From contig OX597827.1 of assembly GCA_951406725.2 (NCBI GenBank), forward strand, positions 4,464,001-4,528,000: a stretch of 64,000 nt of DNA, read 5' to 3'. This document shows positions 26,311 to 38,680 of the stretch, in pieces; position 1 is the stretch's first letter, and each line of letters opens with the position of its first letter. The notes under the pieces were generated by a model. It worked only from the letters and a program-made list of their open reading frames with translations. It was not told where the DNA came from and did no database searches. Position numbers and translations under genes: made by a program. This DNA is from Octopus vulgaris (taxonomy: Eukaryota).

Positions 26311-26882
26311 GAATAATAAAATTCTTAGAGATTTCATCATTTATGTGACCAAGAAACAGAAAAAAGAAGACTTGATCTTGTAGTGAAACACAAGAAAATC
26401 AAGTGAATGTGATCTAGTTGATATATTGCTAATCCTGTAACAGGGAACAAGAGGAAAGGAAAATGCAAAGTGTCTTAAAAAGTGGTTATAACTAAAGACA
26501 GTAGATGTTTTATCTATGGTCATAGAATCTGTAGACATGTTCTTTAATATATTAAATAAAGAGTTACAGGAAATGGGGTTATATATGTGATACCTGCAGT
26601 AACAGAATCACCAAGTATTGTCTATCATAAATTAGACAAACGGCTAACTAAAATAAGAATCAAAATTAAGACAGTATAATTCCAAAATTCTACTTTAAAA
26701 ACATGTGGAACTATCCAGAAAAATACAAGAGATTTGGATAATGCACCAAATAAAAGTATAAATGTCTTTGGAACACAAATTTTACCAGTTATTCATTCCT
26801 AATACCAGCAAATGCCTGTTTGAAATCATTTAACCAAGAAAATAGAATAGTAATTATGTAATAATTGTGATATCCTAAAACC

Positions 26883-27282
26883 AAGGTACCACATAAAAAA
26901 GTCACTGGTGAAGGTGCCTCATAAAAAGCACTGGTGCTGGTACCACATTTAAAACACTAGTAAAGGTACCACATTAAAAGCACTAGTGAAGGTACCACAT
27001 TAAAAGCACCAGTGAAGGTACCACATTAAAAGCACTAGTAAAGGTACCACATAGAAAGCACTAGTGAAGGTACCACATTAAAAGCACTAGTGAAGGTACC
27101 ACATTAAAAGCACCCAGTACGATCTGTAAAGGAGGGCATCCAGCTGTAGAAACCAAGCCAAAAACTGACTATGGAACCTGATGCTGCCCTTGGCCATGCC
27201 AAATCATGTCAAGACATCCCACCCATGCCAGCGTGGAAAACAAATGTCAATTGTTGATGATGATGACGATGATGATGATGAT
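26883..27282 (+). mobile_element. Family D-related element with ~9 copies of a 26-bp head repeat
   Basis: ggtaccacattaaaagcactagtgaa array (26883-27113) running into gggcatccagctgtagaaacc..cccatgccagcgtggaaaa..(GAT)n. Confidence 0.85.
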
Positions 27283-27556
27283 AGTTGATTCTTTAACAGA
27301 GCCAAAGGACTTAAGATATGGACAATGGCATAGCTAGAGTGTAAATCACTAAGAGTAACCCAAAAGTTTGCTACCCCCACTCTACTGAGCCCCCAAGCAA
27401 ACAGAAAAGTGCATATACAACAGACACAAAAGTGATGTCCCCATAAAAGCATTGCTCAGAGATGACTGGTCCCCTTTGCCAGCAGCTAAGTTACTGGATG
27501 TGAAGAGGAAAGCTTGTAACAAAGGAAATGAAAAAAAGAAAAGACAATAAATTAAA

Positions 27557-27719
27557 GGCACAGGAGTGGCTGTGTGGTAAGTAGCTTGCTAACCAACCAC
27601 ATTGTTCTGGGTTCAGTCCCACTGCGTAGCACCTTGGGCAAGTGTCTTCTACTATAGCCTCGGGCCGACCAATGCCTTGTGAGTGGATTTGGTAGACGGA
27701 AACTGAAAGAAGCCTGTCG

Positions 27720-27763
<44 letters not shown>

Positions 27764-27978
27764 TGTGTCTGTGTTTGTCCCTCTAGCATCGTTTGACAAC
27801 CGATGCTGGTGTGTTTACGTCCCCGTCACTTAGCAGTTCGGCAAAAGAGACCGATAGAATAAGTACTGGGCTTACAAAAGAATAAGTCCCGGGGTCGAGT
27901 TGCTCGATTAAAGGCGGTGCTCCAGCATGGCTGCAGTCAAATGACTGAAACAAGTAAAAGAGTAAAGAGTAAAAAGAG
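27557..27978 (+). mobile_element. SINE family A flanked by a ~143-bp direct duplication
   Basis: Consensus match; 27414-27556 is repeated at 27979-28122. Confidence 0.92.
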
Positions 27979-28553
27979 TATACAACAGACACAAAAGTGA
28001 TGTCCCCATAAAAGCGTTGCTCAGAGATGACTGGTCCCCTTTGCCACCAGCTGAGTTACTGGATGTGAAGAGGAAAGCTTGTAACAAAAAAAATGAAAAA
28101 AGATAAAAGACGATAACTCAAACAAGCAAAATAACATCTTAACAACAACAGAGATCTTTGGTTTTCTATTTTGGTATTGTTCTTAATAACTCATCTCCAC
28201 TGAACAGTTTGGATCAATAAAACTCTTATTTATACATCTCAATTAGCCTCTATCAGAAACCTATTTGCCCATTTCAATTTGAACCCATTCACCCACATAA
28301 GAAGTTCAGTAGAAGAGGAGATAATCCATTTCCTTTATTTTTCCTACATTTTTTTTTAATAGATAATGATCTCATCAGTCATAAGTCACTGTCCTGTAAC
28401 TATTTCAGCTGTGCTATCCACTCAGCTTTTATGAGACAAACTCTCTTGCTCTCCCTCTCTCTAACACACACACATTCTTCCACACACACATACATATATT
28501 CACACACATACACACACAAATACATGCATGAAACATATATACATCCATATATG

Positions 28554-28594
<41 letters not shown>

Positions 28595-28616
28595 AGACAG
28601 ATATGGCCAGTTTATG

Positions 28617-28675
28617 GGGTTACCCTGGGTTTCACGGCCATAAAGTGCTTAGCTCTACAGTGTTTCTTCAGACCC
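28617..28675 (-). ncRNA. Type I hammerhead ribozyme motif
   Basis: Minus strand: GGGT CTGAAGA A AC-A-CTGTAGAG(ctaagca)CTTTATGG-CC-GT GAA ACCC A GGGT A ACCC; full core, stems I-III and a GUA triplet. Confidence 0.7.
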
Positions 28676-28691
28676 TTTGTGGGTTTAGGGT

Positions 28692-28945
28692 CTGAACCGC
28701 TGCATTAAGAGGATGTAAACATACCAACACCAGTTGTCAAGTAGTGAAGACACCAAGACAGACAGACAGACACACACACACACACACACACATAAAATGA
28801 GTTTCTTTCAATTTTCACCTACCAAATCCACTCACAAGGCTTTTGTTGGCCCGAGGCTATAGGAGAAAACACTTGCTCAAGGTTCCACACAGTGGGACTG
28901 AACACATAACCATATAGTTGGGAAGCAAGTTTCTTAATCATACAA
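28692..28945 (-). mobile_element. SINE family A, partial and diverged
   Basis: accaaatccactcacaaggc..cccgaggctatag..agtgggactgaac. Confidence 0.75.
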
Positions 28946-29457
28946 CCACAACAATGACTGTGTCATTGACAGTAGGAATGAAGAAAATGATGAAAATTAA
29001 AAATAATATCATTCTATAAGAAACGTGTTTCCTTTTACATCTGTTTCAATAAATGCTATATTTGTTCACTGAGAGTGTAAGCACACTTTTAATAGAATGA
29101 CTAAAATAACATACAGATTATCACCTCTTGTAAAGATGTCAAAACAATTCTAGCTGAGAAAGTGATAAGTGAATATGATAAATCTAGCTAGGTGGCACCA
29201 GCTTTGAGAATTTTTCAAAATTCTCATGGTTGGCAACACTTAGAATTTCAGAACAGCTAAAATAATTGCAGACATAAGAACAAAATATATCAATAAAAAT
29301 TCATTATATATTGGGTTTGTGTATGTATATTTGTGTGTGTGTGTGTGTGTGTGTGTATATAGTATATACACACACACACACACATATATATACACACACA
29401 TATATATTCATACATATACATATATATACACACACACACAGTTATAACTATAAAGCA

Positions 29458-29782
29458 CTTTTAGAGAGTTATAGCCAAAAAATAGCAAAAAAATGGAAAA
29501 AAATGATGGTAAATTTTTTTTTTTAGTTAAAAAAGGTGGAGTTGCGTCCCCTAGACAATTTGTGTTTCTGATTCTGGACCCCATGTCGAATTTATCGATT
29601 TTTTTCAGAACTGGGGGAACTTTTCAAAATTTTCGTTGCGTTAGTTTTGAATTATGACATTGGGCTATGTGTGTGTCAAGTTTCATCAGAATCGGTTGAA
29701 AGCCGTGGTCAGGGTGAAGGTACAAGCAAACAGACACACAGAAACACACACAGACAAACTGCCGTTTATATAGAGAGAGATA
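29458..29782 (+). mobile_element. Non-autonomous Helitron-like element, 3' portion
   Basis: tgtgtcaagtttcatcagaatcggttgaaa..acagacacacag..tttatatagagagagat resembles the 3' architecture of invertebrate non-autonomous Helitrons. Confidence 0.6.
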
Positions 29783-29895
29783 CACAAACATATATATTCA
29801 TACTTATACATATATATATACACACACATATATATTCATACATATACATATATACACACACACACACAGTTATATATGTATGTACAGAAAGTGAA

Positions 29896-30215
29896 GGCAT
29901 GTGGTTTAGTGGTTAGGGTATTCAGCTTGCAATCATAAGGTCATGAGTTCAATTCCTGGTGATGCATTGTGTCCTTGAGCAAGACACTTTATTTCATATT
30001 GCTCCAGTTCACTCAGCTGGCAAAAATGCATAGTACCTGTATTTCAAAGGGCCGGTCTTGTCACATCCTGTGTCATCCTGAATCTTCCCTAAGAACTACG
30101 TTAAGGGTACAGATGTCTGTGGAGTACTCAGCCACTTGCATGTTAATTTCACAAGCAAGCTGTTCCATTGATGAAATCAACTGGAATCTTTGTCACCACA
30201 ACTGGTAGAGTGCCA
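29896..30215 (+). mobile_element. tRNA-derived SINE family C (CORE-like)
   Basis: A box tggtttagtgg, B box gagttcaattcc, then gtgtccttgagcaagacactt..ttgctccagttcactcagctg. Confidence 0.8.
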
Positions 30216-30476
30216 GGTGATATACAGAGAGAGAGGGGGGGAGAAAGAGGGAGATAGATAGAAAGATATACATGCACTCACAGATATACACCATCGTCAT
30301 CATTGTTTTAAAGCAAACTTTTCCATGCTCACATGAGTTGGACAGAATTTGTTGAGGTTGATTTTCTACAACTAGATGCTCTTCCTGTCACCAACACTCA
30401 GCTGTTTCCAAGGTAATATTACCTCATGACAAGACATGTTCTCACAAAAAAAAAAGGTTGAAAACAAGAGAACAAA

Positions 30477-30877
30477 GGCGCAGGAGTGGCTGTGTGGTAA
30501 GTAGCTTGCTAACCAGCCACATGGTTGCGGGTTCAGTCCCACTGCGTGGCATCTTGGGCAAGTGTCTTCTGCTATAGCCCCGGGCTGACCAATGCCTTGT
30601 GAGTGGATTTGGTAGACGGAAACTGAAAGAAGCCCGTCGTATATATATATATATGTGTGTGTGTGTGTTTGTGTGTCTGTGTTTGTCCCCCTAGCATTGC
30701 TTAACAACCGATGCTGGTGTGTTTACGTCCCCGTCACTTAGTGGTTCGGCAAAAGAGACCGATAGAATAAGTACTGGGCTTACAAAGAATAAGTCCCGGG
30801 GTCGATTTGCTCGACTAAAGGCGGTGCTCCAGCATGGCCGCAGTCAAATGACTGAAACAAGTAAAAGAGAGTAAGAG
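30477..30877 (+). mobile_element. SINE family A inserted into a minus-strand family F element (30292-30930)
   Basis: Consensus match; flanks are the two halves of the reverse complement of 31755-31912. Confidence 0.9.
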
Positions 30878-30944
30878 TATGATGGTGACACTCACCTACA
30901 ATTATCACCTGATGTCAAGGCAAGGAAACAGTAACACACACACT

Positions 30945-31006
<62 letters not shown>

Positions 31007-31239
31007 TGCATGTATGTATAAAGGGAAAGAGAAAGATTGAGAGAGTGAACAATACAGATATCTATAAATCTACATTTCTGTGTTTCTAGTTATCTACTTA
31101 GTGGACATAACGAAAACAAAAGATTATCACATCATATCTTATGACAAATAACTTATGACCACATAATGGTCAAGAGGTGTATAGAACCAGTTTAATGCAG
31201 CATATTCCCTAACAGCCATGATATGTAGCCTGTCATCTC

Positions 31240-31450
31240 AACCAGAGACTACTTCATTCAATGATAGAGTCTCTATGCTGACAGAAAAAGAATTCCAGAG
31301 GGTTGTAGTGTTGGGGAGAAAGGACAGGGTAAAAACTGAGATTAGTGTGGCGTTTAGGAAGTGTGTAATGTAGGGGGTGATGCAAGGAGGAGAAACAGAC
31401 AAAGAAAGTAAACCTTTGAGGGATACAGTACTCAATAAGTTCGTTCAAGA
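31240..31450 (-). pseudogene. CR1/L2-like LINE ORF2 3' fragment
   Basis: HYTLPKRHTN / SFLPNTTTLWNS resembles the SFFPRTxxxWNxLP motif. Confidence 0.5.
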
Positions 31451-31544
31451 GCTTTAAGATATTGTAGGCAAGAGACCATTTAGGTACAAGACCAGCAATT
31501 TTTGGTGGTAGGGGATAGTTGTTTACATTGACTCCAGTACTTGT

Positions 31545-31915
31545 AGCTGTGTGGTTAAGAAGCTTGTTTCCCAGCTGTGTGGCTTGGGTTCAATCCCACT
31601 GCATGGTACCTTGGGCAAGTGTCTTCTACTATAGTCCCCACACGTTTTTGCAAGTGGATTTGGTAGACATAAACTGAAAGAAACCTATCATATATACTTG
31701 TGTGTGTGTGTGTGTGTGCGTGTGTGTGTGTGTGTGTTGTGTGTGTGTGTGTGTGCCCTTGTCTAGCCATCACATTATAGTTGTAAATGAGCATCACCAT
31801 CATACAAGTGAGGTTGTTTGTTTTCAGTCTTCTATGATAAAATCTTTCTTGGAAACAGATGAGGGTTGGTGACACAAAGGACATCCAGTTGTAGAAAATC
31901 TGCCTCAACAGGTTT
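31545..31915 (+). mobile_element. Chimeric SINE family F (A-type head, distinct body, D-type tail block)
   Basis: A head to 31690, TG tract, then gttgtaaatgagcatcacc..gggttggtgacac..catccagttgtagaaaatc. Confidence 0.7.
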
Positions 31916-31916
31916 T

Positions 31917-32108
31917 ATGATAATGATGATGATGATGATGACGATGATGATGACTATGATGATGATGACAATGACGACAACTATGATGATGGCAACAACA
32001 ATGCTCATGATAACGTTGCTGCTGCTGCTGAAGGTAATAACAACAATAACAATGATGATGATGACTACACCGACGATGATGACAACGATGATGATGATGA
32101 TGATGACG
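31917..32108. repeat. Degenerate (ATG/ACG)n trinucleotide tract
   Basis: Direct reading. Confidence 0.9.
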
Positions 32109-32469
32109 AGAAAGATAAAGTACAAAATCAAATCAGGATTTGAACTCAGAATATAAAGAAACATTACTAAATATCAAAAAGCACTTTGTCTAATTCTTTG
32201 ATTATTTTGCCACCCGCCACCTTAATAATTTTCTTAGACATCAGTATCATGATCATCATTACTATATTTAATAAGATAGATTGGCAAAATTGATTGAACT
32301 TGTATTATTTAGTTACTGCTTTTTATGTTCTCAGTTCAAATCCTGCTGAGGTAAATCTTGCATTTCATCCTTCCGGCATCAATAAAATAAAGTACCAGTT
32401 AAGTACTGGAGTAAGTTTAATTGTCAATAAACTTTCCTACAAAATTTTAGGCATTGTGCCAATGTTAGA

Positions 32470-32820
32470 AATCAACGGAGAGTCAAAGAAAAGATTGAAA
32501 TAGTTAAGAACTAAAAATTAGAAGTTAGAAAGATCTGGTCATTTTAAAATGTAGAAATATCTTTCTATAGATAACTGGCACTCTAGGAGTGTTTAGCTAA
32601 ATATTCAAAGAGTTTAATAAATGACTAGAACCATAAGTGAGCTTGGAACAATTCCAAAAGACTGTTTTGCTTGGAACAGATAGAATATGAAGAAAAACAC
32701 TTGATTATTAACCTTCAGACCTTAGGTCACTGGATGGGACTAGATTTCAAGGAAAGACAAACAAAGCAAACCATCAAAGCTTTGAAAGTAAAACCATAAA
32801 TAATCAATCAAACTATAATA
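32470..32820 (+). pseudogene. R4/Dong-like LINE 3' end, decayed
   Basis: KLEVRKIWSF..ITGTLGV..QKTVLLGTDRI.RKTL is a restriction-like endonuclease C-terminus. Confidence 0.7.
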
Positions 32821-33740
32821 AAATCTTTGTAGAGAAAAGATGTTTTATGGGCAAAACTATATTTAAGTAAACAGTAAAAGCTGCATCAATATTCTCCTCG
32901 ATAGTGAGGCCATTCATGTTTGTGAGGATAATTTTCATTTGAATAAACATTAGCTTCACTTCATATACTGTTGTGTATGTTGATTAGAAATAGTGAAGTT
33001 TGTTACCTACTTTACACAGATCATAAAATAATTTGTGAAAGAAAAGAACAGAGTCGTGTACATGCTGTTAATAGCTATAACAGGGGTTGGCATTAAGTAT
33101 GGGGTTTTTTTTTTATATTCTAGTATAAATTTAGTGAGAGGTATAAAATTAGTGAGAGATAAACCAGTATATCATAGGTAAAATTCCATTGAGTTAATAC
33201 TTGTTTCCAGTGATTCAATGATTGATTTGAGATGCATAGAATTATATTTCTATAAAATGCTTATACTGTAGCATTGATGGAATATAAAGCAGCATATATA
33301 CGTACTCTCTCTTTTTTTTTTCCAAATGTATTACTACTTATAGGCACATATGTGACTGAGTGGGCGAGCTTCAGACCTATGGCATGGCATTTTGAACATA
33401 TGTGTTCTATTCTAACCCCCGGCCACCAACAAACACTTTATGAGTGAATTTGCTAGAACATGTATGTATGTATGTATGTATGTATGTATGTATGTATGTA
33501 TGTATGTATGGATGGATGGATGTAAGTATATATGTATGTACACACATACATGTGTGTGTGTATACACACACACACATCTATGTATATATATATAACCCAT
33601 GCTAGCATGGAAAATGGACGCTAAACGATGATGATGATGATGATGATGATGTCTTTACACATACACACACACCATCCTTTGAAGTTTTTTTTTTCATCCA
33701 AGGACTTTTTAACCAAACATTCTACACACTATTATTTATA

Positions 33741-33882
33741 TTTGGTTGTCCCAAAAGTTCGTAAACACTTGCGAAAATTGAATTTTTTACTCGCCAAGTA
33801 CTAACAAAAACAACAAAAATTATTCCTCAAAATAAAGACCATTATTTTCCAAGACTTTCTACGAACTTTTGGGACAACCTTA
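33741..33882. mobile_element. Tc1/mariner MITE
   Basis: Perfect 20-bp inverted repeat ggttgtcccaaaagttcgta / tacgaacttttgggacaacc with TA flanks. Confidence 0.88.
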
Positions 33883-34454
33883 TATCTTCATCTACTTTGA
33901 ATTTACTTCATATGTCTTATAATTTGCTTGGGATTTTCAATCGTAAGAATCTTGTTAAATAGCAAGTAGCAGACAATAAAATTAGTTCTTGTACATTACA
34001 GATTTTTTATTACATCAACCACAGGATAATGTAAGTCAAAGTTGACTTCAGTGGAAATCAAGCTGAGACCATAAAGTGCAGGAATTAAGTACCAGAAAAA
34101 ATTTTGTTCAGCTTTACCAGTTCTGCTGACACAATAACTCTTACCAGTTATTAATACTCTTACTGATATTCCATAACTACAGCACCATTCAAACAGTAGT
34201 GTACCAAGAGGAAAATAATGGGGTGACACTTTTACAGCAGTAATTTTAGGCTTACTGTATAAGTCAGTATGGGGGCTAAGTGAGTGAGGAGCACAAGCTC
34301 AAGGGTTGCCCCAAGTGTCACACACTCTAGCTAAGTTATTGCATTCAGACACACCTTGGTTGCTGAACTAATGAGGTATCCCTTATGTGGTCACCTGATA
34401 GGCCAGAAATCACAGCCAAATGTTTTAAAAATAAGATACTTGGGATGATATATA

Positions 34455-34686
34455 TTTCTTTACTACCCACAAGGGGCCAAACACAGAGAGGACAAACAAG
34501 GACAGACATAGGTATTAAGTCGATTACATCGACCCCAGTGCGTAACTGGTACTTAATTTATCGACCCCGAATGGATGAAAGGCAAAGTCGACCTCAGTGG
34601 AATTTGAACTCAGAACGTAGCGGCAGACGAAATACCGCTAGGCATTTCGCCCAGCGCGCTAACGATTCTGCCAGCTTGCCACCTTA
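34455..34686 (-). mobile_element. SINE family B, young long-tail subtype
   Basis: CpG-rich intact copy, near-identical to 47572-47803. Confidence 0.9.
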
Positions 34687-34979
34687 AATGATATAGTTCT
34701 GGGTACACTGTTACAGTTAGAACTATGTTGATCATTTCAGGCCTGCTCAATCAGGGCTAGCCTATGGTTAAACAAAAGCACCATCAACAACAGCAATATC
34801 AGAAAAAAATACTTGGTGACATTTCTTCTGGCTTCACATTCTGAGTGCAAATTCCATTGAGAGTGATTTTGCTTTTCCTCCTTTACTAGTGGAATATTGG
34901 AGGCAATGTAATTGACTAATACCCGCAACCTAAAAAGAAAAATACCCAGGGTCTGTGCATATAGTAGAGAGAATTGTTA

Positions 34980-35590
34980 CTATTATTATATAAAAACTCA
35001 CAGCTTATTTTGCTGGGTATAATAGAAAGTGTCAGCTGTCCACAGCTAGCATACTAAGGTGACACTTGTTTACTGGACATGCTTCAAGAACCCTGCAAAG
35101 AATTCTTGCAGTTTCAAGCAATGGTGACTTTTGTAGGTGTTCTACCTTCACACTTGCACCAATTCTTTTCACCTGTGTAGGTAGTTGAGTGCTGATACTT
35201 TCAAATGCACCAATTACTATTGGTATCACGTCTACTCTATTCATTGACCACAACCTTCTTATTCCCCACTTCAAATCGTTATAGTTGCTTATTTTTTTCT
35301 TCTTCCACATTGATCCTGTTGTCACTAGGGCATGCAATGTCAATTAACATACATTTTCTTCGTTTTTTTATTCACCACAACAATGTTCGGTTTCCGATGT
35401 TTGGTCAGGTGATCGCACTGGATCATTGCATCCCACAGGATTTTGTAATTCTCATTTTCAGTGACTCCTTCTGGAGTTTGTTCTTTGTAGGCCGTGATTT
35501 CCACAGAGCTCTCAAGCATCTTTTGTATTTGCATTTTGCCAATTTCAAGCATTCACTAACGATGTGCCTTTCATCCTTTTGCAGTCGATA
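34980..35590 (-). pseudogene. R4/Dong-like LINE 3' end (CCHC remnant plus restriction-like endonuclease)
   Basis: HIVSECLKLA..ENENYKILWD..HRKPNIVVV..DIACP..NYNDLKWGIRRLW..VIPIVIGA..LQKSPLLETARILCRVL; (TAA) tail. Confidence 0.88.
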
Positions 35591-36199
35591 AAATGAGCAC
35601 CAGCTGAGCATAGGGGTAGATGTAATAGATTCATCTCCTCGCCTGAAATTGCTTGCCTTGAGCCAAAATTTTAAACCAATATCTTAATTAACAGAGGGTT
35701 GTGAATTGGCAGACTCATAAGTGTCTGAGATGAAACTCCTAGCAGTATGTATTATAGCATTTCAAATTCTGAGTTCCAATCATACCAAGATCAACTTTAC
35801 CATTCATTCTTTTGAAATCAATAAAATAAAGTACCAGTCAAGTACTAGGATTGATTTAATCAACTATGTCTTCCTCCTCCAAAAACTGTATAACCTTATG
35901 CTATATTAAAAATCAATATTACAATTGACCTCACAGCACATACCATAATGACTATCTCACAACTGTTCCGTTGCAACTGAGAAGCTTTATTATCAAGTGA
36001 GGAGTCATAGCATAGCATAAGCATTCAGGCACCAAACCTAGCCAGATAGATTCTCTCTGAACTGTTACTATCATGACTTTCTGTCTTTCAGAATTGATTC
36101 TCGTCTCACAAATAAAATTCCAAGATTTCTCAAACTCTTTGTTTCTTGAGTTATTTGAGAAATAATTAAAAAAAAAAGCTTTGATAGGGATTTGAAATG

Positions 36200-36420
36200 A
36201 TTTTGGTTTCAAATTTTGGCACAAGGCCAGCAGTTTCAGGGAAGTGGGGAAGTCAATCACATCAATCCCAGTGTTCAACTGGTGCTTATTTTTTCGACCC
36301 TGGAATGTTGAAAGGCAAAGTTGACTTAGGTGGAATTTGAACTCACAACATAAAGATGGACGAAATGCTGCTAATCATGTTTTCCCAGGATGCTAATGAT
36401 TCTACAAGCTCTTACCTTTG
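36200..36420 (-). mobile_element. SINE family B
   Basis: Reverse complement of consensus. Confidence 0.8.
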
Positions 36421-37066
36421 GACATGAAATAATATTGATAAATATTACTATTTTTAACTATCTCAAAAATCATAGGAGAACAAATTGTAAAACATTGAAC
36501 AGAAATTTAGAAATATAAAATAAATATACAGAAATAAATGAATATTTACACACGGTGTCAAAAAGATACTGAATTTATAAGAGTGGATGTAATTGTATAT
36601 TTGTAGCGATGTGTATGAGTGAGTGTGTGTGTTTGTGTCCCTTGGCGTGTCTGTGTTCAACATTTTTTCTCTCTTCCCCACTCTTAACATTCTAAAATTT
36701 AACAGAAAATATCATTTAGCAAGAAGCAAGCTCCCAGTTGGTTAATACATGACCTGGTACACAACAATGGTTTTTAATTATCACTTGCTGCAAGTTCACT
36801 TCATTTTTACCACTAATACCATTAAGGAAAGACATAAATATTGATTTCTAGCAAAAGCATGAGACCTCAGATTTAGGGAATGTACATAATCGATGAAATC
36901 AACACCAGAGACGTATATCCTGGGTGTGTTGTGTGAGTGCTGCTCGGTCGTCATTGGTAATAAATTTTCTTCATAATAATTCTGATCATACAATGTTACA
37001 ATATAGTCTTGTCACAACAATAATAACAACAACAGCAGCAGCAGTAGTATTTTTTTTTGTTGTTTT

Positions 37067-37439
37067 TTTACTTGTTTCAGTCATTTGACTGCGGCCATGC
37101 TGGAGCACCGCCTTTAGTCGAGCAAATCGACCGCGGGACTTATTCTTTGTTAGCCCAGTACTTATTCTATCGGTCTCTTTTGCCGAACCACTAAGTGACG
37201 GGGACATAAACACAATGCTAGGGCGACAAACACACACATACACATATATACGACAGGCTTCTTTCAGTTTCCGTCTACCAAATCCACTCACAAGACATTG
37301 GTCGGCCCGGGGCTATAACAGAAGACATTGGCCCAAGATGCCACACAGTGGGACTGAACCCGGAACCATGTGGTTGGTTAGCAAGCTACTTACCACACAG
37401 CCACTCCTGCGTCTATTATACACAGCCACTCCTGCGCCT
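37067..37439 (-). mobile_element. SINE family A with duplicated 5' end
   Basis: Consensus match; acacagccactcctgcg occurs twice at 37395-37437. Confidence 0.9.
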
Positions 37440-38194
37440 ATAATATACATATTAATGTATAGAAATAGCCTAAAGTTTGTATCCTTTATCTCTAACCTTT
37501 CACTTGCTTCAGTCATTAGATTGCAGCCAAGCTGGGGCACTGCCTTGAAGAATTTTTAGTCAAATAAATCAACCCCAGGACATATTATTCTTTAAAGCTT
37601 GGTCTTTATTCTCAGATGTCAAGTGGTGGCATGGGACAAACACAGACACATACGCACATCCACTCACAAGGCTTCGGTTGGCCCAAGGTTATAGCAGAAG
37701 ACATATGCCCAAGGTGCTACACTGCTGGACTGAACCTAGAACATGTGATTAAGAAGCCATGCCTGTATGTTTATTTTTTAGTAATATTTTTGTCAGAGTG
37801 GTGGGCTCAGCATGACACCACACTGTGACTGCCCCCACAGATCAACCACTTGCGGTGCTTGACTGGTACTCTTCTTATTGACCACAGAAGGATAAAAAGG
37901 CAAAGACAGGCCAGGCAGGATTTGAACCCATGAATATTAAAATAATCTGTATGTCATTTTGTAAGATTCTTGTTGTGAACTTGTGTGTTAAAACATATTT
38001 TGTTGTATCTGGAGAGAGTCATTATATCAATGGTGACAAACCTGAAGCAGAGCTGGAGTAGAGAATATATGTAGTTGATGAGGTCATGAAAGGTGACAAA
38101 AGGACTTTGACAAACCTAGCTGACCGATTGCCTGACCAAATGATTAATAAAACAATTGATTACTTAATAGGTTAAATGGTTAACCAAGGGATAA

Positions 38195-38680
38195 ATGATA
38201 ATTCTATCTACTTTATGGACAAGTCCAAAAAATGTGTGGATGGAAGGGAGCTAGTTGATCACATCAAACACCCCACCCCCACTACCAGTGCTCAACTGGG
38301 GGCTGATGTAATTGACCCCCTAAAGGATGAAAGGCAAAGTTGACCATGGCAGAATTTGAACTCAGAATGTAAAGACATGAAATGCCACTAAATATTTTGT
38401 CTGGTATTCTAACAACTTCTGCCAGCTCACTGCCTTCAATTGACTTAGCATAACGACTTCAAATTTTGGCACAAGGCCAGCAAGTTCGGGGTGGGGAGGT
38501 AGGTCAATTACATTGATCCTAGTATTCAACTGGTACTTATTTTAGTAATTCCAAAAGGATGAAAGGCAAAGTTGACCTCAGCAGAATTTGAACTCAGAAT
38601 GTAAAAACAGATGAAATGCCACTAAATATTTTATCCAGCAGACAAACAATTCGACCAGCTCACTGCCTTCAACTGACTAA
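38195..38680 (-). mobile_element. Tandem pair of SINE family B copies
   Basis: aaaggatgaaaggcaaagttgacc..gcagaatttgaactcagaatgtaaa..ccagctcactgccttcaa occurs twice. Confidence 0.85.

Noticed and set aside
26883-27113. CRISPR-like array (also 8960-9110 and 51112-51266)
   Set aside because: Eukaryotic context, spacers absent or homologous, no cas genes; part of a retroposon head.
29896-29962. tRNA gene (also the heads of SINE families A, B and E)
   Set aside because: A/B boxes are present but there is no complete cloverleaf, and each continues into a SINE body.
31866-32156. Poly-Met/Thr ORF superficially suggesting a reflectin-like Met-rich protein
   Set aside because: Degenerate (ATG)n tail of a SINE; lacks reflectin motifs and Tyr/Arg content.
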